64,000 nucleotides of DNA. Origin: Eutreptiella sp. 'Long Island Sound 2002'. Its lineage: Eukaryota; Protista; Euglenida. The notes under the pieces are model-generated. The model had not been told where the DNA came from. It ran no database searches and saw only the letters and a program-made list of their open reading frames with translations. Location: assembly GCA_964036045.1 (NCBI GenBank), contig OZ038378.1, forward strand, positions 59,644,001 through 59,708,000. The letters are read 5' to 3'. This document shows positions 37,520-51,233 of the stretch, one piece after another. Positions within the stretch are counted from its first letter, which is position 1. The number at the start of each line of letters is the position of its first letter. A program made the translations under genes and the position numbers.

Positions 37520-38740
37520 GCTCCAATGGAATTATGTAGCATGGTGCGTAGTTTAAACCTATTTGTGGTAGCATTACCCGTCACATGGCCGGGACAAAAT
37601 TGGTCAAATGCAGTGGCAAAATACGCCAATCCACATAATTTGCAAACACGGCCAGCAATGATGGGACCTTACCACAGCATGTGGCAATTTCAACGTCCCT
37701 ACACTTGCCACTCTAGCGATGGATATCTTGCAAAGGATGTACATCGTCTTACCGGGCGACTGTTACCACAAAGGGTTGCTCGATCTTGTTTGTAATGCCG
37801 GGACTTCAAAGAAGTGGAATCGTTGCCCAGGATACAACCCGCGGCCACGAATGCGCAAGTGTACGCGAAGGTTGGTGAAAAATCGGAAGCATCTTGCGGC
37901 AACGGTGTTTTCGAAGCAGGTCGTGGACCATGTTCATGAGCTCTACCATATTGGAACACCGTATGGTCCTCAACAAAACGTTGCGCACGGTGCGCGTAGC
38001 GCACACAATACGCCACCTTGGTTGGGGCTTACCGTTGTGCCACTTATCCAAAACAATGAGGGGATCTCCCAATAATGCAAGGGCAGTGCATCCTTCCTAG
38101 TGCTGTGTGGCAAACTTGAAATCCACATCTATTCACATAGTACCTCCATGTCCTCCAAATAATGGCTAGTGACAAGGAAGTGTTGTATGCTATGTTGGAC
38201 GTGCTTGTATCACATTTTGTTGAACGCCTTTCGATTCGACTCAATTTAAATGGCCATTAACAAATACTAGGTTGGACTAGTAGACCAAGCGCCACTTGAA
38301 AATCCAATGTTACATGAAAGATGGCATCAACAAAATATTTGGCTTTATTCCAAGGGCTCAATTCCGTGTCTTCAAAGGAGGTTAAATCCAACAACTTGAG
38401 GAAACGGTGTGATGTACCAATGCATTGAGCACACAGCCCGCCACCTCCTGTGATACAGGTGGTTTATGCCCCAATAGCGGCACAAATGGCCTCTAGGCGG
38501 GTGTGCTCCCCAACGGGCATCAATGTTGAGGGCAACACATTGTCAATAAAGTTGTAGAAGTCCTATATTAGGTAGTGGCCCCCAATGAAGGTGGAACACG
38601 CTATAAGGGCCAAAGATCGTAGTGTAGTGCACCCCACCACATTTGCCTACCAAGATGCACAACGGGTGGATCTTGAGTTTGTACCAGATGGATCAAGGTC
38701 CATTGATATAAACGATGTAGAAGGAGTCATGGGCTTGTTG
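37520..38740 (-). pseudogene. Ty3/gypsy pol relic: RT C-terminus, RNase H, integrase
   Basis: Minus-strand motifs in order across frameshifts: FISMDLDPS, TTLRS, FYNFIDN, FHVTLD..VALGLLVQ, LAIIWRTWRYYV..FQVCHTAL, GKPNQ, VHD...H, CTSF, YFATAFDQF. Confidence 0.6.
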
Positions 38741-40200
38741 CACTAGAAAACCATTGGGCATTCGGGCATGTCTATAGCATCAAACCACATGCCGATTCAT
38801 TGGTTCGGGCCAGTTGCAACAAGCAAGGAGGGTGCACCTCCCTCCATAGCGTGTGCGACAAACATGCAACCGAATGATGTGTCAACACATGGTGTATCAC
38901 ATAGGTCGTGATGACGTCCCAATTAGCCTAGCCCCGGCATTTTGAGTCTGTGAGAACGGTGATGGGTGTTGCCACTTGGCAATGAATAAGTTGCAGGCCC
39001 CCAAACCAAAGTGTTGCATCTTGTGCCTACGTATGCTTCAAGGAACTTAATGTGGCATCACCTTGTAACGTTGTACACAACGGGCCAATCATCTGCTGCG
39101 TTGCAAGATGTTTTTCCGTCGGTGTATAGATACAACAAGGAGCAATACATGGAAGTAAATGAAGGCCACTCAAAATTATGTTGCATCTCCCTCCAAGCAA
39201 GAAGCCTGGCTTTCTATTGTCTCCATTGTGTGGGCGCGCTTTGAGGTCCATTATCTGACCCGGCGCGGATCTTGTTTTTGCCTAACGGCTTGGCTCCACA
39301 GTGCGTGAACCGGCTTGGACCTCCATTCTGTGAACGGGCTTGGGTCTAAATAGTGCGAACCTGCTTGGATCTCCATTGCGAGTACTGGTTCCGGTCTGTA
39401 TTGCTTGAAACGCCGTGAATAAGGAAGTGTCATCACGAGGGCATTGTGTGGCAAGTGCCAAGTATTGGCACTAGAGTTTCACCGCCCTGAAAGAGCTTTG
39501 GGTAGAATTCACGCACAACGTAGCACGGACCCCGTTGTCGAATACACATTACCATGCGACCAAGGAAATATGATCCATAGGACATCACACCCTCGTCGTC
39601 TTTGTTCCACGCAGCCCTTATGGCAACGCCATGTGGTGGACCTCATCCGTGAGTTCTACGCGCAAAAAAGAATAGAAGGCCATCCATGTTCATACCATCT
39701 TGCACTTTGTTGTAGCATGTCTTGCAAAGTTGCAAACCTTGTGGCACCACAAGGCTTGTCGTTCAATGCCCAAGCACAGGAGGGTAAGAGTTCTGCAACA
39801 CTCCTTGGACAACTTTGGGAGATACTTAGTTTGAAACCCATAGTGTGGGTACATTGGGCAGCTGCCCACAGTGGCTTTTATATGGAGTGATATCCCTCCA
39901 TTTATTTGTTTAGTAGCATTCCTACTAGACACCGAAATTCTGCGGTTAAGGTGAGATTGCAAAATTGTTTCAAAGGTTGGTCTATGCGACGCCCATTGTT
40001 GAACGGACGCGGGGTGAAGCACGTGGTGAACGTGCATGCGCTGACCTTGGTTTGGCAATCTTTGATGCCAAATAGCACCGAGTGCTTCCAAAAACCAAAA
40101 GAAGATGCATGTAACACACTTTTGATGGTCTGCCACGAGTGTTGCCATTCGTTTGCAAAGAATGGTGCGAAGTTGCATCGGGCTAGGAAACCCCAGGAAG
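38740..40200 (-). pseudogene. Second RT plus RNase H relic (LTR- or DIRS-type)
   Basis: FGFWKHSVLFG, then RIDQ at gypsy-like spacing, then LYLYTDG, HIKFLEAY, ITVLTDS and TNESA. Heavily decayed. Confidence 0.4.
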
Positions 40201-43200
40201 TCGACCAGGAAGTAGTTTACACAATCAAAAATACCACCGGGAAGTCACCGTAAAGTTGTACTTTCTGGGTCCCCGCGGACATGGAAGTGATCCCCGCCCC
40301 CACCGCCAAACTACCACTGAGTTTGAACCGAATAAGAAAAGTGTTATGTTTCCTCTCCTAAAGCACCAAAAATCTCCCCTCAGCCCCCCCGAGGGCACCG
40401 TGGGGGGTCCTATGAAAATGGACGTGTCAAGAGGGGGACTTCCTGCGACAAGGCATTTGCGCAGCACATTAATGGTTCATGGATGGCATCCCTTTACTAT
40501 CCCTAGTTGAGTGGCACGTAAAGCGGGCCACTCCATGCCCTGGGACAGTACACAATTCCATTGCTTGCACTTGATCATTGAGCGAGGCGTTGGCATTAGT
40601 GGCACGAAGAGGGAGTGTGTCGTCGACGTTGTCTGTGACACAACATGTTGGCCAACAATGCGGGTGGCTTGCAGCCGCAAGGCCCCCTTCCAAGTACCAG
40701 ACGTACACATCCCACCGCGTGGCAATGGTGCGCCAAAGTGGTTTGGCATCGGGGCACATGTAGCCGGGCTGACCCTGCGGTATCGGCATCTCGAACTCCC
40801 CAGTGGCATGTGCTAGCTCCAAGCATGACATTACCACATCCCGCAAAATGCTTGCCGCGTTTGCACGCGGCTGCCCTTTGCGGGACAAGCAACATGTTGC
40901 TGGTCTTGGTACACAATTACCTCTTTCTTCATGTCTACCCCATCCTGCCAACGACAATGTTGGGGATAATGTGTTGTGTGGCGCATTCACAATCCCAGCC
41001 GCGGTGAAATATGCTTCACCTCAACCGCATGGCCACATTTGCATGATTGGTTGTCCTTTGTAACATGGGGTCTAGTACATGGCCGCATGGTGGAGCACTA
41101 GTGCTCGACTTCGCGATGCGGACATCCTCAACTCCTAGTGCCTCCCTTGCAATGCACTGTAGGTGTTGCAAACGCTCCTGTTGGTAAGGCGGTGTAATCT
41201 CCGAGTATGAGCGGCGCGCGTGGTGGTGCATGGGCCGCCGGAATGCCTCAGTGGCTTGGAACATTTTAAGAAAGTAAGGGACAAACAATCAACTCAGTAA
41301 CTACCTGCAACTCCCACCGGCAATTGACTCTCAAGTCACATTGTCGATTGAGGAATCCCCCCAAATGGGCACAGTAAGTGCCTGCTGTCAAGTTTGAAAC
41401 GTGGACCAGGTTTGCACTTACTGGTTCGATTTTGTGGTTTCAAACCTACTTCCTAGTTTGCTTTTGTGGTCCAAACTAATTTCTGGTCGCTGTCTGATCC
41501 AATGGCACCAAATTTTATCCTTAAATCTTGGCACGGACCACATGTATACACCGACACACACACGGACACAAGCATGGACTCAGGCATATCCGGAAAATTG
41601 GGATCACGCTTTAGAGCCTTGCAGGCTGAAAAAATCTGCGCCGTGAAGCTTGACGGCTGAGATCAAAAGGAAAGACCCGCTACCCCCCGGTGGGGGATCG
41701 GAACCCCTTCTCAACGAGCTAGCAGAGCACACCGCAGTGTGCCGCCTACGCACGCCCGATGGGTTGCACATATCATTCGTTGAATTTTCTCGCGTTCCCC
41801 CGTTAGAGGCGCTGTTGTGTGCATGGGCCGCGATGTGCGCCGCGTGTATCGGATATATTAAATGTCCTCTGTGCCACGTGCATACCGACTAGCTGTACAT
41901 CAATTCCTCAAGTACTGTGAAGAGAGCACACAAGTGCGCACGACCGGTAAGACCTACGCATGACGAGCTCAAGTGACATTGGGTGATTAATTGCAATTTA
42001 TCAAAAAGGCCATATGGCCAATGACTGCTTGCTGGGGTTCTCCAGGGCACACCGCGTGGCCCGACTTTCTCTTGCGGAACCTTGGGAAGACGAAGCACTC
42101 CCATGTGTTGCCAACACATCCAAAAGCTTGCACTCGCCCTCTTTGGCGGCGGTTTGTGCACCATGTTAGGTGTCACGCAACATGTGCAGTTGTATCCCTT
42201 GAGCCGTCGTTGCCCCTAGTTTGGTTTGCAACTCCTTGTTGCGTTGCAACAACGCCAGCACCTCGCCCGCCTGGCCCTGCGTGTCCGCCCTCGCTTGCTC
42301 CAAGGCGTCGACACATTTTCTTTGGCGTTCACGGGCTCGCTTGGCTTCCCGTTCAGCCGTAGTCAATCGGTTGTGTTCCTCCGCCACAAGCTCCTGCCAC
42401 ACGCCCCGAGGCATGTCCTTCATGTTATGGGCCGCCATGATGCTGTCCACTTGTCAAGTTGTCCGCGGGCCTTCCGGTGCCTTCCAACCCAATTGTCGTC
42501 TCGAGGTTTCTCACCACGCCTCTAATCAGGCTCATGCTTGATACATTTGCACCCACCAATGAATCCTACTTCTTGCCCAGCAGCCCACCCGTCAATGTGC
42601 GCCGTTGCCCCATCTCGGTTGCTATGAAGCACTACGCCGACACCGATTGCATGGATCCGCCTCATCCACATTGCACCAACCCCGTACTGAACGCCGTTGC
42701 ACAAGAGCATGTAGTAATACTTCCCCACCGTACTCTTTGTGGCGAAGATCGAAACACCCTCGGCAGTGAGGCACAAGGTCACCTTGGTGGAAGCACCCCT
42801 TGTCACTTGCATTGAGGCGCATCGCTCCCGCGCAAGGGAAGCCACCCGGTACCGCATCTTGGCATTGTCCCACACCACCTACAACACCGTCGTCTGCAAC
42901 TAGCATGTGGCAAGACATCTACGAAGGCCTAGAAGGCCTAAGGGACAAGGAGTCGACGGCGCAATAGTGCACCAGTCGACTGAAGCAAGCAAGTAATTAC
43001 AACCCCCACCAATAAGGCACCGTTAGGTCAGAACGTCTATGCACAAACCCTCGAAATGACACCAATGACTCCCAACTTCCATGTCTAGGCGAGGACTGGG
43101 AACCTAGTTTGTAGTTGGACATTGAGGTCTTAAACCGAGGGCAAAAACCTACTTGTTGGTCATTTTTTTCTTATGAAGCGTTGGGCTGTAACCTACTTCA

Positions 43201-43699
43201 AAGTCGCTTTTCAGGCCTGGGTTTCCTTAGCAGTGTTTCAGCAACTGCTTGCCAACGGTGGCAAAGACTGGGGGGGGGGGGGGGGCACATATGTATGTCG
43301 GCGGTGCCAGGCTCCGTCGTTTTGGCTGCAATCAACCAACCCGCTGCCTCCGCAACCGACACGCCCAACGAAGGGGCAACCGGCGGGGCCAGGTCCCGCC
43401 TAAAAGCATGGCTTCCTCCTTATTGTCCTCGGGCAAGGCAAACCCACAGACGTACCCACCTAACAACATGAAGATGGTTCCAGTGCCCATGTTCACAATG
43501 ATAGTGTCCACGAGCGTGGCGGACGGCAGCCACTCCGCGGCATGGGCCACCTTTGCTAGTGGATAATCTTTTAGTTTGCGTGTAGCATTTGGAGGTGTGA
43601 CGAGAGGTATCGGTGACGGAGGTTTGAGCAACGAAATAGCAACGAAGGCTGAGCTGCTGCCAAGCATGTAGCTGGCCATCCCGGAGACCAACGGTCTTG

Positions 43700-44620
43700 G
43701 ACTTGTCCGCCGCGGAATGGCAGCAAACGTCACATCCTCAGGAGGTGATGCACTACACGTTGGGTAAAGATGTGTGATGTGCTTCGCACAAGCTGTACCC
43801 TGACCACAGGAAAAGCAGAAGCCGGCACCATTCTTGCCACAGCACCCATCACTTCTGCAACTGCACGGCTCCTTGGACCTGGCTGCGCACTGCTTGGCCC
43901 GAAAATGTGGTAACAATACAATGGGTAAAGCGTCATGTTACCCCATGTGTGGATATTCCAAGGAAGAAGATACCCCGGCGAGAATCCTTGGGCTGTTCGA
44001 AGGGCACGCAAGAGCCAGCGTGATTGACGTTTCTTGGCAAGAGAAAAGCACCGCCTGTGTGCAAACGGATGATATCTTCGTGCCACGGCCGTAGCAAGCC
44101 GTGCGTAGTGTCGGCAATGAACTAGCCCTGCGATCCGTCAACTTCGGTGATGTCCCGCTCAATAGCCCCAAACACCAAGAGCCCCGCAAGTAGGTTTCGC
44201 ATATTGCCACGCAGATGTTGCCGCTTGTACCGTGTAACCCCAACATAGTCGCCCACCACGAGTATGTTAGATCGAAGAGGGAACCTCCAGTCCACCTCTG
44301 CATAGATGACGTAGCCAGTCGAAATCGGCTTTGCGAGGTTTTGGGTGGCGACGTCTTGGACATCCGCCACCATTGACGGTTGGAGGACCCGCTGATCGCG
44401 AGTGTCAATGGGGCAGTCGGGGGAGGGGAAAGTGTCGTTGAATATGGGCATCCACTCTGCCCATGTCCGTGCCTCGTACTGCGACTTCAACCGGTCGAAG
44501 CGCTCTTGCGACTCGACAGCCCGCAACACCAAGTGACCGGCTGCCTGCGAAGTTTGGGGCTCCGTGTTCTCCACTGCCTTCGGACCAAGAACCACGGCCT
44601 CGAAGTGACGTACGCAACGA
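43700..44620 (-). pseudogene. Possible LTR-retrotransposon gag relic with Zn-knuckle trace
   Basis: RTWAEWMPIFNDTFP..VLQPSMVADV resembles the retrotransposon gag core. FCFSCGQG lies downstream at ~43820. Confidence 0.4.
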
Positions 44621-46689
44621 AGACGCCATAGTAGTGGCACTTGAATGCTGTTGGGAGCGGAAACAGGATACACGACGGGGTGGCGATGCCAAAGAGTGGG
44701 GCCTCCAACCCGAGTCTCAGAGGAATGGTTGCACGCGCAATACATGCTGAGCATCCTGGATCTCGAGGAAGCGCTCACTGTCCCCCATGGTCTCATACCC
44801 TTGCCCCTCAGGCCCGTGGGGCTTTGTCTCCACAAACGCCATGCTTGTGTCTTGGGGGCGACAGAGACCTCATTGTCGGGGGTGTACGCCCCCCCCCCTC
44901 TTTTGCTCTCCTTGGTGTTGGCGCTCATATTGGGCACGTTGTCCATCAAGCCCTTGCGCACCGTGTCGGTCTGGAGACGCCCAACGTTGACAATCCTGGC
45001 GGAGAGGTGGCGATTGTGATGTGCGACACAAATCAAAACACCGATGAGTGACCCCGGGTTGTGCTCGCTGAGAGTGGACCCGGCGACGGACAACATGCTA
45101 ATGGTGGTGTTGGCCCGGAAGCTTTCGCGGCTTGCGACGGAAGGGATCTCGACTTTTGGGAGCTTACTACAATGGCCGATAGCGGTCCTACCGGTACCGG
45201 CCCGGTTCCCATCCATCTTGACCCAATATGCCACAAAGTACACACTCATATGGCACTCTAAAAAAAAACCGAGAAACAAATATTTGCAAGGGTGTGTGAA
45301 AGTGTGACAACAACATGTGTTGCGGTGATGTCACGAAGGGGTTTGGAGGTGAAGATGAAGGATGCGAAAATAAACCTAGAAACCCTTAGTAGGCAAAACC
45401 AATAAGTTCGTTTCAGACGTGAAAGTCCCACAAGGCAGTCACTTCCCGGGTCCATTTTTCCGGGACCCCCCCAAGTTTCACACCTAGACGTTCCCCACAA
45501 GGTCTGTGGAACGTAGGTTTTTGACCCCATTAAAAAAATTTCCGTCCACCCCCCGGGAGGGCCCATGACCTTCAATCATGTTAAAACAATCCCCAAAGGA
45601 AAAGAAACAAATTTCTTGCCCATTGCAAACACCTACTTTTAATGGTGCATTGGGGGTTTTGGGAAGAAGTTCGCAATGGGATTTCCTGAAACACACCCCA
45701 TGCGTCCACCACGGACATGGCACACTCATTGAAGGGCTACCACAAGCCGACGTGACCATGTGGGATCCAACAAATGGCACTATGCAATCACGGACACACA
45801 CATAATGGTCGGTTGGGAAGATTCACGTGGTTGGGTACACACAAGACTTGTGGTACCTACTTCACGGCCATGAGGATCGATCGTACACACAGGGTCCATC
45901 ACTTGCTTGCGTGGGTTCTCGCCCCATGCGTCTGCTTATGGGGATTTGTAGCAAAAGGAATGGTAGGCGACTAATTCCGGGGCTTTTGTGCTCTCAAAAC
46001 ATAAATACCACCCATGTCGGCAATGCCCGTTGTTTGCTGAATATTGGCATGTGCATTCTCTAGTATGCTCTAGAAACAGGCCCAACGTTAGTCGCTGACA
46101 AAGACATTTTGCAAATCAGATGTTCCAGGTGGGCTGATACCCTAAATAGCCCATCAGAGCGATGTCAACTTTTGCCAATGGCATGTTATGTAGTGGGAAC
46201 ATCATGATTATTTGTGTAATGTGTGACAGTGATGAGAAACGTTTTTATTTTGGGATCAAAAGTGTTTCTGTGCCGTCCTCCATATGGGGTTACATCCCCC
46301 GTTTTCGAAACCATCTTTTGTGATATTCTCACCATCCCAAATCAACAAATGTCCTATGTAAAGCATATTGTAGACCATGTTTGTCCGTGGCCTTTTGGCT
46401 GCACATTAGGCGCCCTTTTGCACCTTATAGGTCTCACACTAGTTGTTGTATTTACAACACTTTTTTCGCAAAAAGTTAATTGCTCGTTGAAGCTTTCTTT
46501 GAGACATTGAATGTCACCTCTGCTTCACGCATCAATGGTGTTCAAGTTTCTATTCACAAGTGGTCGGAGCATTTTTTTTGCATTCATTATTTACACCACA
46601 TCTTAAGTGCGTGTTCACCCAATTATGATGGATCCCTAGCTATGCTCAACCCCGCCCCGAAATTTGTCCCCTGCTCTCAAGCGTTCGGG

Positions 46690-47545
46690 CACCCCCACGC
46701 GGTAGGGATGATGTAGCCACCAGGCCTACTTTTCGGCCACTTTTGACTTTGTCCCCCTCTTAATAAGGTGGGAACCCCCCACGGCAGGGGTTATGTAGCC
46801 ACAAGGCCCACTTATGCACCACTTTTACATGCGACCCCCGTTCCAAGGCAAAGTGGAACCCCTTGAGCTAGGGGTTATAGGGCCCATAGGGCTAGCTATG
46901 GGCAACTTCTGATTTTATCCCTCACTATGAAGCGTTGGGGACCCATCACACGGCAAGGGTTGCCTAGCCACGAAACCCTCTTGTAGGCCACTTCTCATGT
47001 TCTTCCCAGGTTGGCGAGCCCCCTTAGACGGAAATGGTTACTTAATCACTAGACCCACTTATAGACCACCTATAATTTTGTCCTCTTGCTGGGAACGCTG
47101 TAAATGGAGTAAGTACGTTGCTACCAGGGCCACTTGTAGGCCGCTTTTGCAGTTTCCCCACACTCTAAATGGGTGGTGACCCCCTATACAGGAGGCATTC
47201 TGTGGGCCTCTTTACGGGCCACTTGTGCATTTCTCTCCGGCTCTGAAGTGTCGGGGACACCGCAATTAGCAAGGGTAGTGTAGCCACTTGGCCCACTTGT
47301 GGACCACTTGTGATTTTGTCTTCCCCTCTAAATAGGTAGTGACCCCCCCCCCCACGATGGCAAGGTGTGCGTAGCCACACCGGGCAATTGCTCAATTTGT
47401 CCCCTGCTTTGAGGCGTTGGGGACCCCCGAGATGCGATGAGTTATGTAGCGACCAAGCCCAAACGTGGGCCACTTATGATTTTGTCTTTCGCTGCGAGGC
47501 GTTAAGGACCCCCAAGACATAAGGGGATAGGTAGCCACAGGGCCC
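46690..47545. repeat. Degenerate tandem repeat, ~80-85-bp period, ~10 copies
   Basis: GGGTTATGTAGCCAC..GGCCCACTTGTAGGCCACTTTTG recurs; TAGCCAC anchors near 46713, 46797, 46966, 47281, 47372 and 47533. Confidence 0.75.
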
Positions 47546-47599
47546 TGCCAAAAGTGCGCATTGGATGTCCCAAAACACCCTTTTTTGGCCCAAAGGGTG

Positions 47600-50260
47600 T
47601 TGAAGCCCGGTGAGAACGGCCACACCAAGGGAACGGCTTGCCACAATCCACATGTGGTGTGTCCTCCCCTTGACAAAGAGCCTTTCATCGCCCTTCTACT
47701 GCACGATACGTCCGAGAAACAGCCCAAAAATGGCTAAAAATGGCCAAGCAAGGGCGATGTTTGTCTCAAACAGCCCCAAACCCAAAAGCTACTCTATCTT
47801 GGGCTATGTAGCTCAAATTGGAAATTTGAGGGCACAAAGTGCACCCCCAGCCCCCCCCGTTTTGTGGTTTACACGCCTTAGAATCGCCCAATGAGGCGCC
47901 TAGACCCCCATAACGATTGTCACTGGGTGGAGCTGCAGGGCGGCATGGGCCGCGCATTGTGAGCGCCAACGCTGGGTCTTGCAAGGTTCCTGGGATGAAA
48001 AAATTTTTTAAAGTGGTTTCTCGACCACTTGGGATGCTCAGAAAACTGTTGGTAGCCCGTTTCAAGCTTGTGGTGATTCTGGACCCTTTGGCATGCCCTG
48101 ACCAGTGAAACCGGCCCGTTTTGAGCTCGTTTTCAGCCATTTTGGCCCCTCTAAGGACCCATCGGGCCTTCAAAAAGTGCCATTTTATAAACAACAATGC
48201 ATCAAATGTGCGTCAAAGATGTGTTTTTTCAAAAATTATTCTTGGACCATGTGGGGTGCTGAAACCGGACAATAGGACACATTTCAGCCTACTTTGACCC
48301 AGTGTGGCCTTTTTCGGCACATTCACGCACCAAGTTGTAGACTTTGCCCATACCTTAGAGGCAACTTGTGCAGGCACCTAGAATATGGCAGAGTGGTATA
48401 GATTAGAAAATATATACATATATGTTTCTACACCCCTCTCCTTCCAAATCCACCACACAAACAGGCAACAAGCAAACAAGCAACAAGCACTTCTTCTTTG
48501 CGTTTTGGCCATTACTGAGTCCCAACACTACGGGATGTGCTTCATTCCCGCCATCCTACAACGTAGGTGGTGACCTTGCCAAATGCAAGATTGCGCCAAA
48601 AAGTCACCGGTGCCCCCCCCCCCCCCATGCCGCCCCCGGGGCGCCAATTTGGAAGGTCCCCTGCCAAAACGACACATTTTTTGCTTCAAATTAGCCTCAT
48701 TAGGCTCAAAACGGCCCTGGAACCCATTCAAAAGGCACAAATGAGGGGAAATGCTTACTACACTACACGTCCGCCTTCCCTTCCCCATGAAAAGGAGCAT
48801 TTTGTTTCCCTCTCACTCCATTTAAATGTCCCAGATACAACCCAAAAAACGCCAATCAAATGGTCTAGAATGTGCTGTTTGTGTGGAACGACGCCAAAGC
48901 TCAGAACAGGCCATATCCTCGGGTACGTCGCTCAATTCGAATTCCAAGGGCACCTAGTAAACCCGCAACCCCCACCACCCACTTCTTGTGCCTTTCAAGC
49001 CTTAGAATTGCCCAACCAGACCCCTAACCCCCTTTACTCATGGCCATCGGTGGGTCCATCAAGGTCCTCGGGGCGAAAATGTTTTGCCCAAAGTCGTTCT
49101 TGGACTACATTGGATGGCCAAACAACTGTTTTTGGCCCGCGTTGAGTAGGTGAAGCCGCGATTTGGCAATGGGGAAATCGCAAAATGCCCTCAAAATGGG
49201 CTTTATGGGGCCCAAAATGGGGGAGAAATGGGTCTAAAGTGTGCTTTTCCAAAGGTAATCCTAACCCATCTGCGTGGGACAAACAAGTGAAATACACCAA
49301 TTTGGAGCCTGTTTGGAATTTTCGCCCCTCTAAGGTGGTCAAAACCATTGAAGAAGGGTGGAATCGGGGTCAAAATAGGCTCATGTCACTTGTTTGTGCA
49401 CCCCAACGTGTCCACAATTACTTTTGAAAAATCGGGGGTTTCACCCATTTTAAACTCTTTTTTGGTCGCCAAACGGCCCATTTTCAAGGTAATTCGGGAT
49501 TTTTCATGGGCCAAAACGCGTCACCACGGGCTCAAAATGGGCTGCAACCTCTTGCTTGAGCATTCCAATCGTCCGAGGTCAGTTTTGGCAGAAACACTTT
49601 ATTGACCCGTTTTTCGGCTTTTTCAGCCCCAAACAGCCCATTTTCAAGGCATTTTGGGCCTTTCCATGGGGCACAATGCATCACCACGTACTCAAAACGG
49701 GCCAAAAGCGCTTATAGGAGCATCCCAAGTGGTGTAGTAACAAATTCGAGAAAGCTCATTTTGCTTGCCCCGGGGACCCAAGTGGACCCACCGATCGCCT
49801 CCACCGTGCGCGGCCCGGGCTGCCCTCCGGCTCCAACAAATGACCACTGGTACGGCGTCTAGGTTTCTTGTTTGGCGATTGTGAGGCTTGGAGCCTACAA
49901 AAAGTGGAGGGTTACTGTGGAGTAGTTGCCCTCGGAATTCGGATTTGAGGCATATAGCCCAACATGCGGCCCATTCGTGGTTTTGGGGCTGTTTGACACA
50001 AACTGCTCACATTGTGGGCCTTTTATTTGGCCATTTGTTGGCCGTTTTCTCGACAATATCTCGGATTAGAGGGCAATAAAGGGCTGTTTGCCACGGGACC
50101 ACCTAGGCCGTAGGATGCCTAGAGTAGATAAGAGCCCGAAGCATTGGAACGGAGTAATGGCCAAGGTCCAAAGGAGATGTGTAGCTTGCTTGTTGCTTGT
50201 TGCTTGTTGCTTGTTGCTTGTTAGCTACATTTAACGGAAGAGGGTTGTAGGAACATGCAT
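47600..50260. repeat. Cluster of related repeat copies in both orientations (foldback or TIR-like termini)
   Basis: 48420-48575 is inverted relative to 50095-50257 (shared ATGTTYCTACAMCCCTCT, AACAAGC repeats, TTGGCCATTACT, CATCCTAC). 47610-47960 is inverted relative to 49800-50110 and direct relative to ~48850-49080. Confidence 0.6.
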
Positions 50261-50315
50261 ACATACATACATACATACCTACATACATACATACATACAT
50301 ACATACATACATACA

Positions 50316-50349
<34 letters not shown>

Positions 50350-50370
50350 CATACATACATACATACATAT
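50258..50370 (+). repeat. (CATA)~28 microsatellite; (GCTTGTT)5 at 50188-50222
   Basis: Seen directly; two variant units. Confidence 0.95.
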
Positions 50371-50719
50371 AGCGGAGTCCCCGCCGGCGAATCCGAGGTT
50401 CTTCCTCGAAGGGGCCCACGAGCCCAGGGGACGCCACCGGGTTTTAACGGCCAAGCCGGACGGAGCTCCCACCGGCGACCCCCCCCCCCACGAGGGAGGG
50501 AGCACACAACAACCGCCAGCCCCCCCCCCCCCTTCAGCCCCCCCGAAACAAAGGGACTCCGGCGCGGAGGGTTGGGGATATAGTCCCATGCCGCGCGGCC
50601 ATGAATCGACATGGCCCTACACCCGCTGATACACGCCCCCCCCCCCCTCGCTCAAGAGGGGCCCCCGACGTCCCCCGGGCAGGGAGCAACCCCCCCCCCC
50701 CCCCCCTCAGGGAACGGCC

Positions 50720-51233
50720 GCCCTCAGGAGCCCTCGCCAAGCTCCTGGGGGCCTATCGGGGTTCGCCCCCGAGCCCGCCCGGCCCTTCCACGCCCCCCCT
50801 CACCAACCGCAACCCAGGGGCCCGCCCGGTCTCCCCCGCGCCGGCCCACAACCACCAGGGACCCGGGCCCCGGAGCCCCGGTGCCCGGCCCCGCCTGCCC
50901 CCCCGGTATCCATCCGGCGGGGCCCGTCCCGGTCCGGTTCGGCCGCGAGGGGACGGCGTGGCGCCCCCCCCCGCCTCCACCACGATTCGCCCCCGTGGAT
51001 GATGCTCGGCGGGATTCGTCCCCGCCGAGCGGGGTGCGGGCCCTACCGCTGACCGCGGCCCCCCCGACACCTGGAGCGCCCCGGGCTCCCCGGCCGACTT
51101 TGGCCAGCCCCGGCCGCTCCTCTGCCCGGTCGGCCGCACGGTGACGCTCTGCGGCTGAGCTCACCACACCCCCGTCCCCCTCGCGCGCGCGCCCACCCAC
51201 CAGCCCACAGCCCCCCCCCCAACGTGCACGCCG
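50720..51233 (+). repeat. GC-rich ~500-bp repeat, copy 1 (copy 2 at 57316-57802)
   Basis: Colinear from GCCCTC.GGAGCCCTCGCC to AACGTGCACGCCG. Confidence 0.85.

Noticed and set aside
37440-45500. LTR pair flanking the gypsy relics (shared CCCCCCAAGTTTCA at ~37457 and ~45467)
   Set aside because: Similarity is limited to short motifs, with no extended alignment or TG..CA ends.
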